This document shows, piece by piece, positions 39,609-49,828 of a stretch of DNA of 64,000 nucleotides (position 1 is the first letter of the stretch; the number at the start of each line of letters is the position of its first letter). The stretch covers positions 9,846 through 73,845 of the forward strand of contig CAYODY010000003.1 of the NCBI GenBank assembly GCA_964402965.1, read 5' to 3'. This DNA is from an uncultured Candidatus Saccharibacteria bacterium (lineage in GTDB: Bacteria; Patescibacteriota; Doudnabacteria; UBA920). The notes beneath the pieces were generated by a model. It was not told where the DNA came from, searched no databases, and worked only from the letters and a program-made list of their open reading frames with translations. Position numbers and translations under genes: made by a program.

Positions 39609-39627
39609 ACGAAAGGTATTCAATAAA

Positions 39628-41949
39628 ATGGATGCAAAGAAAATTTCCGCAAATATTGCGGGAGCTGACTGGCAGTTTGAAACTGGCAAGTTAGCAAATC
39701 AGGCTAGCGGAGCAGTACTTGCTCGCGTTGGTGATACTGTCGTGTTGGCAGTTGCAGTATTAAAGAGCGAACCTCGTGAAGGGATGGATTATTTCCCTTT
39801 GCTAGTTGACTATGAAGAAAAGCTGTACGCAGCAGGAAAAATTAAAGGTAGTCGTTGGGTAAAGCGCGAAGGTCGTCCAACAGATGAAGCAATCTTAACA
39901 GGTCGCGTAATTGATCGTTCTCTTCGTCCTTTGTTCCCAGATGGAATGCGTAATGATGTTCAAGTTGTAACCACTGTTCTGTCTATTGATGGAGAAAATG
40001 AACCAGATATGATTGCAGTTAATGCTGCAAGCATGGCTATACATCTTTCTGAAATCCCATTTGATGGTCCTGTTAGTGCAGTTCGTATTGGTAAAATAGA
40101 TGGTCAATTTATTGCCAATCCAAATAGCGAGCAGCGTGAAAAATCTGAAATGGACTTAATCGTTTGTGGTACAGCCGAACATATTATTATGGTAGAAGCT
40201 GGTGCTAAGCTTGTTCCAGAAGAAGATATAGTAGAGGGGATTAAAGTTGCCCAAATTTCTTTGAAAGCTCTATCTGAAGTACAAGACGAATTTAGAAAAC
40301 AAGTAGGTAAGCCAAAAACAGAGAATTACGTAATCATCAAACCTAACGATGTTGTATTTTCAAAAGTTCAAGAACTTTTGACCCCAGAAAAAATAGAAGC
40401 AGCATTGTACGTTCCAAGCATGTTCGATCGCAATGCAAACTCAAAGGCTCTTACAAAAGAAATTGTATTAGCGACAGAGGAAGCCTTAGCTGATTTAAAA
40501 GAAACAGATCTTGCAGGTGTTAATATTGCAAAAGATGCTTACTTAGCAATAGATAAAGTATTAAAGAAATACATTCAAAAGCAAATCTTAGAAAAAGATC
40601 GTCGAGTTGACGGTCGTGCTATGGATGAGACTCGCAAAATTTCCGCAGAAGTTGGAATTTTGCCACGCACTCATGGTTCTGCATTATTCACTCGTGGTGA
40701 AACTCAAGTACTAACAGTCGTAACTTTGGGTAGCAAAGGCGATGAGCAATTACTTGATGGTATGGAAGATCCAACCGAAGGTCGTGCAAAACGTTACATT
40801 CATCACTATAACTTCCCTGGATATTCCGTTGGTGAGGTGTCTCCAAATCGTGGCGCTGGTCGTCGTGAAATTGGTCATGGTGCATTGGCAGAACGTGCAG
40901 TTGAAGTTGCACTTCCAGAACAAGAAGTTTTTCCATACACTATGCGTTTAGTTTCTGAAACAATGTCTAGCAATGGTTCTACATCTATGGCATCAACTTG
41001 TGGTTCAACTTTGAGTCTTATGGACGCAGGTGTACCAATTACAGATATTATTGGTGGTGTTGCTATGGGTCTTGTAATGGACGAAAGTAATCCATCTAAC
41101 TTTAAAGTATTAACAGATATTGCCGGTATCGAAGACTTTAATGGTCATATGGACTTTAAAGTTACAGGTTCTGAAAAAGGTGTATCTGCTTTACAGTTAG
41201 ATATTAAAGTAAAAGGTTTGACCGCAGAAATTTTAGCGCAAGCTTTGGCTGCAGCTAAACCTGCACGTATGCACATTTTAAGTGTAATGAAAGAAGCTAT
41301 TTCCGCTCCTCGTGAAGAACTTTCTCAATACGCTCCACGAATTACAAGTTTCAAAATTGATCCTGAAAAAATCCGCGAAGTTATTGGTGCCGGTGGAAAA
41401 ATCATTAATGGAATTATTGCTGAATGTCCTGGTGTTAAGATAGACATTGAAGATGATGGGTTAGTTATGGTTACATCTACAGATGCTCAGTCTGCAGAAA
41501 AAGCTGTGAAGATGATCCAAGACATTGTTCGCGAAGTTGAAGCTGGTGAAATCTATGAAGGAAAAGTTGTAAAGATTATGGACTTCGGTGCATTTGTACA
41601 AATTTTACCAGGAAAAGATGGTATGGTTCACGTTTCTCAACTTGCAAACTATCGTGTAAACAATGTAGAAGATGTGGTTAAAGTAGGGGATACATTGAAA
41701 GTTCAAGTTATTGAAATTGATGACATGGGTCGAATTAACTTAACACATAAACCTTTCGCGGCTCCTGCAACTCCAGAGCAACTTGCATCATCTGGTGGCG
41801 GTGACCGTGGTGGAGATCGAGGTGGTCGTGGCGGAAGCGGTGGACGTCCAAGTTTTGGTGGTCGTAGCGGTGGAGGTGATCGTCACTCTGGCGGATCCCG
41901 TGGTGGCTTTGCTCAACGCTCACCAAGACCGAATGGCGCGAATCGCTAA
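39628..41949 (+). CDS. pnp: Polyribonucleotide nucleotidyltransferase with RGG-rich tail
   Basis: YFPLLVDY, IDRSLRPLFP, RREIGHG, SNGSTSMAS, DFKV, KH and S1 domains; ATG 39628 after GAAAGG. Confidence 0.98.
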   Translation: MDAKKISANIAGADWQFETGKLANQASGAVLARVGDTVVLAVAVLKSEPREGMDYFPLLVDYEEKLYAAGKIKGSRWVKREGRPTDEAILTGRVIDRSLRPLFPDGMRNDVQVVTTVLSIDGENEPDMIAVNAASMAIHLSEIPFDGPVSAVRIGKIDGQFIANPNSEQREKSEMDLIVCGTAEHIIMVEAGAKLVPEEDIVEGIKVAQISLKALSEVQDEFRKQVGKPKTENYVIIKPNDVVFSKVQELLTPEKIEAALYVPSMFDRNANSKALTKEIVLATEEALADLKETDLAGVNIAKDAYLAIDKVLKKYIQKQILEKDRRVDGRAMDETRKISAEVGILPRTHGSALFTRGETQVLTVVTLGSKGDEQLLDGMEDPTEGRAKRYIHHYNFPGYSVGEVSPNRGAGRREIGHGALAERAVEVALPEQEVFPYTMRLVSETMSSNGSTSMASTCGSTLSLMDAGVPITDIIGGVAMGLVMDESNPSNFKVLTDIAGIEDFNGHMDFKVTGSEKGVSALQLDIKVKGLTAEILAQALAAAKPARMHILSVMKEAISAPREELSQYAPRITSFKIDPEKIREVIGAGGKIINGIIAECPGVKIDIEDDGLVMVTSTDAQSAEKAVKMIQDIVREVEAGEIYEGKVVKIMDFGAFVQILPGKDGMVHVSQLANYRVNNVEDVVKVGDTLKVQVIEIDDMGRINLTHKPFAAPATPEQLASSGGGDRGGDRGGRGGSGGRPSFGGRSGGGDRHSGGSRGGFAQRSPRPNGANR

Positions 41950-41982
41950 ATTAATATTTATTAAGTTACTATTATAGTTAAT

Positions 41983-42002
41983 AAGGCACCTTCGGGTGCT
42001 TT
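41983..42002 (+). terminator. Intrinsic terminator
   Basis: AAGGCACC-TTCG-GGTGCTTT. Confidence 0.75.
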
Positions 42003-42016
42003 ATTAGCAAAGTTAA

Positions 42017-43231
<1,215 letters not shown>

Positions 43232-43318
43232 AACTTAAAAAATTTCATTTCGCTTAAAAAACTTTATCTTATCTTGAACACGGTTCTGTTATGCTAAAAT
43301 TAATTAAACAAAACGCAT

Positions 43319-43564
43319 ATGCAGACAAAAGAATTACAACAGGAGTTTAAAAAACTTCACAAACGTCTTGATGGAATCGAGACAAATATGGTCACTAAGG
43401 CTGAGATTAAAGTCGTTTTAGGTTCGCATACCGAAGAAATTAAGGAATATATTGAATATCAAATAGAAGGCTTGGCGCAAATAATTGCCACAACAGTTGC
43501 CGAACCATTAGATCGTCATATTCAAGCAACTGAGGTAGATTCAGAAATGGGTGTAAGAGTTTGA
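43319..43564 (+). CDS. Small coiled-coil hypothetical protein
   Basis: RLDGIETNMVTKAEI heptad pattern. Confidence 0.65.
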   Translation: MQTKELQQEFKKLHKRLDGIETNMVTKAEIKVVLGSHTEEIKEYIEYQIEGLAQIIATTVAEPLDRHIQATEVDSEMGVRV

Positions 43565-43653
43565 CATTCCCAAAAAATGATTGGTAAAGCAAGAAAATAA
43601 TTTTTAAATAAACCAGACTGGTCGGATTTCACTGAAATTGCTATAATTTCTCT

Positions 43654-44985
43654 ATGATTGAACCAGAAAAAATGGATAAAATAGTAAGTCTTGCAAAGCG
43701 CCGTGGGTTTGTTTACCCAGGGTCGGAAATTTATGGTGGCTTAGCTAACTCATGGGATTATGGTCCTTTGGGAACAGAACTAAAAAATAATATTAAACAA
43801 CTTTGGTGGAAACGTTTTGTGCAGCAACGCGACGATATGGTTGGAATAGATGCCGCATTAGTAATGAACCCAAAAGTTTGGGAGGCAAGTGGTCACGTAG
43901 CGACTTTCACAGATCCATTAGTTGAATGTAAAGCATGTCACGCACGTTTTCGAGCTGATCAAATTGATGTGAATGAAAAATGCGAAAATTGTGGTAAAAA
44001 AGATGGTTTCTCAGAACCTAAAATGTTCAACTTAATGTTGAAAACATTTTTGGGTCCAGCCGAAGAAGCAGCGAATGTTGCATACTTTCGTCCAGAAACT
44101 GCTCAAGCAATGTTTGTTCAATTTAAGAATGTACAAACTACGTCTCGTAAACAAATTCCATTCGGTATTGCACAACAAGGTAAAGCTTTTCGTAATGAAA
44201 TAACTCCAGGTAACTTTGTTTTCCGTACACGCGAATTTGAACAAATGGAAATTGAATATTTTATTCCTAAACCTGAAACAGATGAAGATTGGAATAAATA
44301 TTTTGAAGAATGGAAAGAGGAAATGGTTAAGTGGATGCGCGATGAATTGAAGCTAAATATGGAGAATGTCCACGAACTAGAAGTTCCTGCAGAAGATAGA
44401 GCTCATTACAGTAAGCGAACTATAGATTTTGAATACGATTTCCCATTCGGCCTAAAAGAACTTTATGGTCTTGCTTATCGTGGAGATTTCGATTTACAAA
44501 ATCACATTAAAGCAAGTGGGGAAGACTTAAGTTACTTAGATCCTCAAACTAATGAAAAATATGTACCACATGTAATTGAACCAACTTGGGGTGTGGATAG
44601 AACTTTCTTAGCCGTTCTGGCAGATCACTATCAAGAAACTGGCGAAGGAGATTCCAAGCGAGTTTGGCTTTCTATCCCCGCAAAACTCGCACCTTACAAA
44701 GTTGCTGTTTTCCCGTTGTTAAAAAATAAACCTGAACTTGTAGAAAAAGCTCGTAAGATTTACGATGAGTTGCGTAAACATTTTAGTGTGGCGTGGGACG
44801 AACGAGGAAATGTAGGGAAGCGATACTACAGTCAGGACGAAATCGGAACTCCTTACTGTGTAACTGTCGACTTTGATTCTTTAGAAGATGATACTGTAAC
44901 AATTCGCCATCGTAATACTATGGAGCAAGAACGTATGAAAGCTTCGGATTTAGTTGAACGAATTACAAAAAAGTTAGCTGAATAA
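43654..44985 (+). CDS. glyQS: Glycine-tRNA ligase, homodimeric alpha2 type
   Basis: EIYGG...DYGPLG, RPETAQ, FRNEITPGNFVFRTREFEQME, PHVIEP, QDEIGTP. Confidence 0.96.
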   Translation: MIEPEKMDKIVSLAKRRGFVYPGSEIYGGLANSWDYGPLGTELKNNIKQLWWKRFVQQRDDMVGIDAALVMNPKVWEASGHVATFTDPLVECKACHARFRADQIDVNEKCENCGKKDGFSEPKMFNLMLKTFLGPAEEAANVAYFRPETAQAMFVQFKNVQTTSRKQIPFGIAQQGKAFRNEITPGNFVFRTREFEQMEIEYFIPKPETDEDWNKYFEEWKEEMVKWMRDELKLNMENVHELEVPAEDRAHYSKRTIDFEYDFPFGLKELYGLAYRGDFDLQNHIKASGEDLSYLDPQTNEKYVPHVIEPTWGVDRTFLAVLADHYQETGEGDSKRVWLSIPAKLAPYKVAVFPLLKNKPELVEKARKIYDELRKHFSVAWDERGNVGKRYYSQDEIGTPYCVTVDFDSLEDDTVTIRHRNTMEQERMKASDLVERITKKLAE

Positions 44986-45003
44986 AAATTAACATGTCGT
45001 CTA

Positions 45004-46275
45004 ATGAAATACACAAAAAGAGTTTTAAAAAATGGATTAACAATAATTGAAGTACCAAGCAACGACGCCGAAAGCGTTGTTGTTGATTTATTCGTGCGCA
45101 CAGGCTCGCGTTCGGAAACTGCAAAAGAAAATGGTATCTCACATTTCCTAGAACATTTTCTTTTTAAAGGTACAAAAAAATATCCAAGTGCTATGGCGAT
45201 TACCGAACTGATTGATGGAATCGGGGGAGAGATGAACGCAAACACTGGCAAAGAACACACACAATATTTCATTAAAGCGCACTCATCTAAATTGCCATTA
45301 ATTTTTGAAGTACTCACAGACATGCTTCAAAACCCGTTGCTAGACAAAGATGAAATGGAACGCGAAAAGGGTGTAATAGTAGAAGAGATAAATATGTACC
45401 AAGATATGCCTCGCGCTAACGTAGGCAATATTTTAGAAGAAGAAATGTGGAAAGGTGACCCACTTGGGCGTAGTATCGCTGGTACTCCTGAAATTGTGCG
45501 AAAGTTCAATCAAAAAATGTTTCAGAGTTATATGGAGCGTCACTACCAGACTTCAAACATGTTAATTGGAATTTCTGGAAAGTACGACCGAGCTGTATTA
45601 AACAAGTTAATTTCTAAATACTGGAGTAAATTACCATCTAAACGATACGAAAAAGCACCTAAGGTTAAAGATAACCAAAAACAATACAGAGTACGTTTGG
45701 ACTACAAGGACACTCAACAGGCTGCCTTGAATTTTGGTTTTAAAGGATACAGCACAGAAGATAAGCGCAATATTACTGCTGCAGTTTTGTCAGCTGTTTT
45801 AGGTGGTGGTATGAGTTCTCGCTTGTTTACAGAAGTTCGTGAACGTCGTGGGCTAGCTTACTATGTTAGAGCAGGGAATACTCAATATCAGGACACTGGC
45901 GTATTCGACGTTAGTGCTGGTGTTCGTGTAGATGCAATCGAAGAAGCTTTGAAAGTTATTTTGGAAGAGCTTCGTAAAATTTCTACTGAATTAGTTTCTG
46001 AAAAAGAGCTAACTAAAGCTAAAGAGTATTTAAAAGGCCGCACCACTTTGTATTTAGAAGATAATCAGTCACGTTTGGATTGGTATTTAGAGCAATCTGC
46101 ATTTAAGAAAATAATTAAAACCCCAGCAGATGTTTATAAAGAAATAGATAGTGTGACAGCTAAGCAACTTCTTACTGTTGCAAAAGATCTATTCCAAAAA
46201 AATAAAACAACCTTGGCAATTATCGGACCGTACAAGTCCGACAAAAAATTCGTAAAGATTGTGGAGAAATTTTAA
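45004..46275 (+). CDS. M16 family zinc peptidase
   Basis: HFLEH inverted zinc motif, NANT, EEI, SSRLF.EVRE..GLAY. Confidence 0.93.
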   Translation: MKYTKRVLKNGLTIIEVPSNDAESVVVDLFVRTGSRSETAKENGISHFLEHFLFKGTKKYPSAMAITELIDGIGGEMNANTGKEHTQYFIKAHSSKLPLIFEVLTDMLQNPLLDKDEMEREKGVIVEEINMYQDMPRANVGNILEEEMWKGDPLGRSIAGTPEIVRKFNQKMFQSYMERHYQTSNMLIGISGKYDRAVLNKLISKYWSKLPSKRYEKAPKVKDNQKQYRVRLDYKDTQQAALNFGFKGYSTEDKRNITAAVLSAVLGGGMSSRLFTEVRERRGLAYYVRAGNTQYQDTGVFDVSAGVRVDAIEEALKVILEELRKISTELVSEKELTKAKEYLKGRTTLYLEDNQSRLDWYLEQSAFKKIIKTPADVYKEIDSVTAKQLLTVAKDLFQKNKTTLAIIGPYKSDKKFVKIVEKF

Positions 46276-46276
46276 T

Positions 46277-47290
46277 ATGGCAGTCGCAAAAAAAGTCAGC
46301 GCTAAAGCATTGGCAAAACCTACAGTGAAGCCTGTGGCAAAACCAACCGCAGTAAAGAAAAAAGGCAAACTTTCTGACGCTGTAATTACAGATGCACAAA
46401 AAGCTAAATTAAAAAAAGTTGTAATTCCTAAAAATCAACCATTAATAGGATGCCACGTCTCCATCGCGGGGGGACTTCAAAATGCCCCAGCTCGCGCCGC
46501 GGCCTACGCGTGCGAAACAATGCAAATTTTTTCCCGCTCACCACAGGGCGGAGCACCAGCACCAATTACAGAAGATCTTGCTCGTGAGTTCAAAGAAGAA
46601 ATGCAAAAAGCGGGAATTGAATCTTTGGTAATTCATGCACCATATATTCTAAATTTTGGTTCATCAAAAAAAAGTACATTTCACGGCTCTATAAATTTAG
46701 TCAGAACAGATTTGGAAAGGGGAACTTTGCTTGGTGCACAATATGTTATGTTCCACCCAGGTTCTTTTAAAGATTTGGGAGAAAAAGATGGAATGAAACA
46801 AGCTCAAGAGGGGATGAAAAAAATTCTAGAAGGCTACACAGGCACAACCAAGCTTTTAATTGAAATTTCTGCAGGTGCTGGTTCAATTATTGGAGACACT
46901 TTTGAAGAGTTGGCAGAACTTATGAAACCAATAAAAAAGCACAAAGCCTTTGGCGGTGTATGTTTCGACACTCAGCATGCATTTGGTAGTGGTTATGATC
47001 TTCGCACTCCAGAAACGGTTAATAAAACTTTTACAAACTTCGACAAAGCCATAGGTTTAGAGTATTTAAGAATGATGCACGTCAATGATTCAAAGGTAGA
47101 TTTGGGTGCGCACGTAGATAGACATGAGCATATTGGGGAAGGCAAAATGGGCAAAAGAGCCTTTGAATCGATTATGGGATTTTTGAAACAAAAAAAGATG
47201 TACATCCCCTTGATTTTAGAAACTGAGCATGATAAAGTTGAAGCAGACATTAAGCTACTTTCGGCCTTAAGAGCTAAGGCCTGGAAATAA
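46277..47290 (+). CDS. nfo: Endonuclease IV with basic N-terminal extension
   Basis: GCHVSIAGG, HAPY, HPG, CFDTQH, HVNDSK, DRHEHIG, ILET. Confidence 0.95.
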   Translation: MAVAKKVSAKALAKPTVKPVAKPTAVKKKGKLSDAVITDAQKAKLKKVVIPKNQPLIGCHVSIAGGLQNAPARAAAYACETMQIFSRSPQGGAPAPITEDLAREFKEEMQKAGIESLVIHAPYILNFGSSKKSTFHGSINLVRTDLERGTLLGAQYVMFHPGSFKDLGEKDGMKQAQEGMKKILEGYTGTTKLLIEISAGAGSIIGDTFEELAELMKPIKKHKAFGGVCFDTQHAFGSGYDLRTPETVNKTFTNFDKAIGLEYLRMMHVNDSKVDLGAHVDRHEHIGEGKMGKRAFESIMGFLKQKKMYIPLILETEHDKVEADIKLLSALRAKAWK

Positions 47291-47303
47291 AAGGAATAAC
47301 CCA

Positions 47304-47480
47304 ATGTTTGGATTTGGAAACAAAGAGACTTCTAACCCACAAGAGGTGGAGGCAAATAAGTTTGAAATACAGAGCAAGTTAAACGCAAGCAATGAAGAAT
47401 TAAACTCTAACCCAAGCTATACCAAGCGAGCTTTAGAATCTAAGAGAGCATCACTGGTTGAAATCTCAGAGGCACTATAA
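47304..47480 (+). CDS. Small hypothetical protein (58 aa, not in ORF track)
   Basis: AAGGA SD, ATG MFGFGNKETS...ISEAL-TAA fills the nfo-47488 gap. Confidence 0.55.
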   Translation: MFGFGNKETSNPQEVEANKFEIQSKLNASNEELNSNPSYTKRALESKRASLVEISEAL

Positions 47481-47487
47481 TAAATAT

Positions 47488-47706
47488 ATGGAAGAAAAAA
47501 TACAGAAAATAGTTAATCTGATTCAAGAATCAGATTTGGACCAAACAATTAAGGATATTCTAATACGTGATTTACAAACAGAAGGTCTAACAGACTTTTT
47601 GCGTGAACAAATCAAAGCTTATTGTCTAGAAGGTATTAAAATTATCGACCAACGTCTTGAAGAAGGACGTTATGCATTAGAAGAAACTGAAAATCCAGCC
47701 GAGTAG
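47488..47706 (+). CDS. Small hypothetical protein
   Basis: TATAAT 6 nt before ATG 47488. Confidence 0.7.
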   Translation: MEEKIQKIVNLIQESDLDQTIKDILIRDLQTEGLTDFLREQIKAYCLEGIKIIDQRLEEGRYALEETENPAE

Positions 47707-47738
47707 CTGGATTTTTATTTTAAATGTATACTAATAAT

Positions 47739-48773
47739 ATGAACTTTAATTTAGATTATTCAACAAAAGTAATTTTACGCGTTGTAGCTATTGGTTTAGC
47801 ACTAGCGTTTTTGTGGGTTGTGCGTGATTTGGTTGTTACAGTTTTGTTAGCTTTGGTTTTGGCATCGGCTATGGAGCCAATGGTAGACTATTTAAATAAG
47901 AAAAAAATCCCTCGTTCCGTGAGTGTTATTGGTGCATACGTTATAGTTATTGCAATAGTCATTTTAATCGCTTCACTCATGGCTCCTTTGGTCATTGAGC
48001 AAGGAAAATTGTTGGCATCTAATTTACCGATGTACATTGCAGATCTAGAAACAAAGTATCCATCAATTAGTGCATTAATTGGTGGCGCAGATTTGGGAAA
48101 TATTGTGAATAGTGTTTTCTCGGGAGGTGGTGGCGCAGATGCAATATTTAATAGAACTGTCGGAATCTTTAATGGCTTATTCGCTGTGGTTACTGTTTTG
48201 GTTGTATCTTTCTATTTAGTTGCGGCGGACAGGGGAATGAAACATTTCATTCACGATCTTGTTCCTACATCTCAACAAAAGGTTGTAATGAACTTGATAG
48301 AAAAAATTCAACGTAAAATGGGTTTGTGGGTACTTGGGCAATTAATCCTAAGCTTCTTTATTTTCCTTTTAACATACATAGGTCTTTCAATCTTAGGCAT
48401 TAAGTACGCGTTGTTCTTAGCAATCATCGCAGGTCTGCTAGAAATTGTTCCATATATTGGACCGTTCCTGTCTGCAATTCCAGCTGTATTCTTCGCTTTA
48501 ATCCAAAGTCCAGCTTTGGTTATTGGAGTAATTATTCTATATATCATTATTCAAAAAACAGAAGGTTACGTATTGGTTCCTAAAGTTATGGAAAAAACTG
48601 TAGGAACGTCGCCATTGGTCGTAATTTTGGCTTTGTTGGTAGGGTTTAAGTTAGCGGGAATACTTGGCTTGCTGCTTGCTGTGCCGCTCGCAGGGGCAAT
48701 TACTGTCGTTATCCATGAGCTATTCCAAGATAAAGGAGTAACTATGCCAACTGAGACTCAGCCTGATGTTTAA
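47739..48773 (+). CDS. AI-2E family transporter
   Basis: Multi-TM; VPYIGP, IQKTEGYVLVPKVM, GILGLLLAVP. Confidence 0.9.
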   Translation: MNFNLDYSTKVILRVVAIGLALAFLWVVRDLVVTVLLALVLASAMEPMVDYLNKKKIPRSVSVIGAYVIVIAIVILIASLMAPLVIEQGKLLASNLPMYIADLETKYPSISALIGGADLGNIVNSVFSGGGGADAIFNRTVGIFNGLFAVVTVLVVSFYLVAADRGMKHFIHDLVPTSQQKVVMNLIEKIQRKMGLWVLGQLILSFFIFLLTYIGLSILGIKYALFLAIIAGLLEIVPYIGPFLSAIPAVFFALIQSPALVIGVIILYIIIQKTEGYVLVPKVMEKTVGTSPLVVILALLVGFKLAGILGLLLAVPLAGAITVVIHELFQDKGVTMPTETQPDV

Positions 48774-48801
48774 TTCTTCGCTTTAAATTACTCTTGCGAT
48801 T

Positions 48802-48830
48802 TTGACAAAGTTTTGCAAATTCCGTATAAT
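48802..48830 (+). promoter_or_regulatory. Consensus sigma70 promoter
   Basis: TTGACA-17 nt-TATAAT. Confidence 0.85.
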
Positions 48831-48836
48831 ACCATT

Positions 48837-48944
48837 ATGTTAATAAATTGCTCACAAATTCATAACTTAAATATGACCTCCCTTTACGGAGTGGCTGATT
48901 TTTCGTTATTTAACCAAGGCAGTTTTAAAGTATATTTGGACTAA
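48837..48944 (+). CDS. Putative 35-aa leader peptide
   Basis: ATG 6 nt after TATAAT; MLINCSQIHNLNMTSLYGVADFSLFNQGSFKVYLD. Confidence 0.5.
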   Translation: MLINCSQIHNLNMTSLYGVADFSLFNQGSFKVYLD

Positions 48945-48964
48945 ATTCATTTTAAATTTAAGAC

Positions 48965-48992
48965 AACCTCGGTTAGATAACCGAGGTTTTTT
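48965..48992 (+). terminator. Attenuator-position intrinsic terminator upstream of GNAT gene
   Basis: AACCTCGGTTA-GA-TAACCGAGGTT followed by T run. Confidence 0.8.
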
Positions 48993-49029
48993 GTTATCTA
49001 AGTTTGAATAAAAATATAAGGAGATATAT

Positions 49030-49722
49030 ATGATAGAAGAAGTAGTGGCTTCGAAAGTAGAAAGCACGAAAGTGTTTTGTTATGAGGGTTTGCTGGTCAG
49101 GCTTCGTCCACAGAATGTGGAAACAGATTTTGACCAAGTCATGAAGTGGGTGAATGATCCAGAAATTACAAAATTTCTGAAAATTAACCCGCCGATTACC
49201 AGAGAAGATGAGATGCAGTATTTTCAAAGTAAAGTAGGAAAAAACAACGAGGCGTTGTTTGCCATCGATACTTTGGACGGCGAATTCATCGGCAACATGG
49301 GAATTCACAATATTAATTGGAGATCTCGTGAAGGCGGAACTGGTTCGCTCATCGGAAACAAAGAGTATTGGGGCAAAGGTTACGGCGCCGACGCGAAAAT
49401 GTTGGTTTTGTACCACGCTTTCTACTGTTTGGGTTTGCATCGGATTAGTTCTTCTGTTTACGACTTCAATGGTCGTAGTTATAGTTGTTTGGAAAAAACC
49501 GGATACGTCCGCGAGGGTGTGAAGCGAAATTCGATATTCGCCGAGGGGAAATTCCATGACAGATATATGTACGGCATTCTCGAAGATGAGTTCAAGGCAA
49601 TCTGGCCAGGTTACAAAGAAATCATCGATTTGTCTGGCGAGCTTTCTAAAGACGAGATCTCTGAGCGAGCAAAGAGTTTCTTTAAAGATGTGCGCGAAAA
49701 AAACCTCGCAGATCAATTGTAA
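49030..49722 (+). CDS. GNAT acetyltransferase, RimJ/RimL-like
   Basis: VRLRP, WVNDPE, YWGKGYG, AF..LGLHRI, N..S...LEK.GY..EG; AAGGAG SD. Confidence 0.9.
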   Translation: MIEEVVASKVESTKVFCYEGLLVRLRPQNVETDFDQVMKWVNDPEITKFLKINPPITREDEMQYFQSKVGKNNEALFAIDTLDGEFIGNMGIHNINWRSREGGTGSLIGNKEYWGKGYGADAKMLVLYHAFYCLGLHRISSSVYDFNGRSYSCLEKTGYVREGVKRNSIFAEGKFHDRYMYGILEDEFKAIWPGYKEIIDLSGELSKDEISERAKSFFKDVREKNLADQL

Positions 49723-49828
49723 ACTAAATGTCCGAGTCTACAACTTAAGGCGTGTTTTAACGAACATGCCTTTTTCTTTTGCTATTTTATTGTTTGAGCT
49801 AAAACCTAGAAAAAGCTATAATTAAGCC

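Noticed and set aside
39583-39627. GTG-started N-terminal extension of PNPase
   Set aside because: Falls inside the structured leader; ATG 39628 follows a GAAAGG SD.
48994-49716. 240-aa antisense ORF and other nested short ORFs in the track
   Set aside because: They overlap well-supported genes on the other strand or frame and have no motifs.
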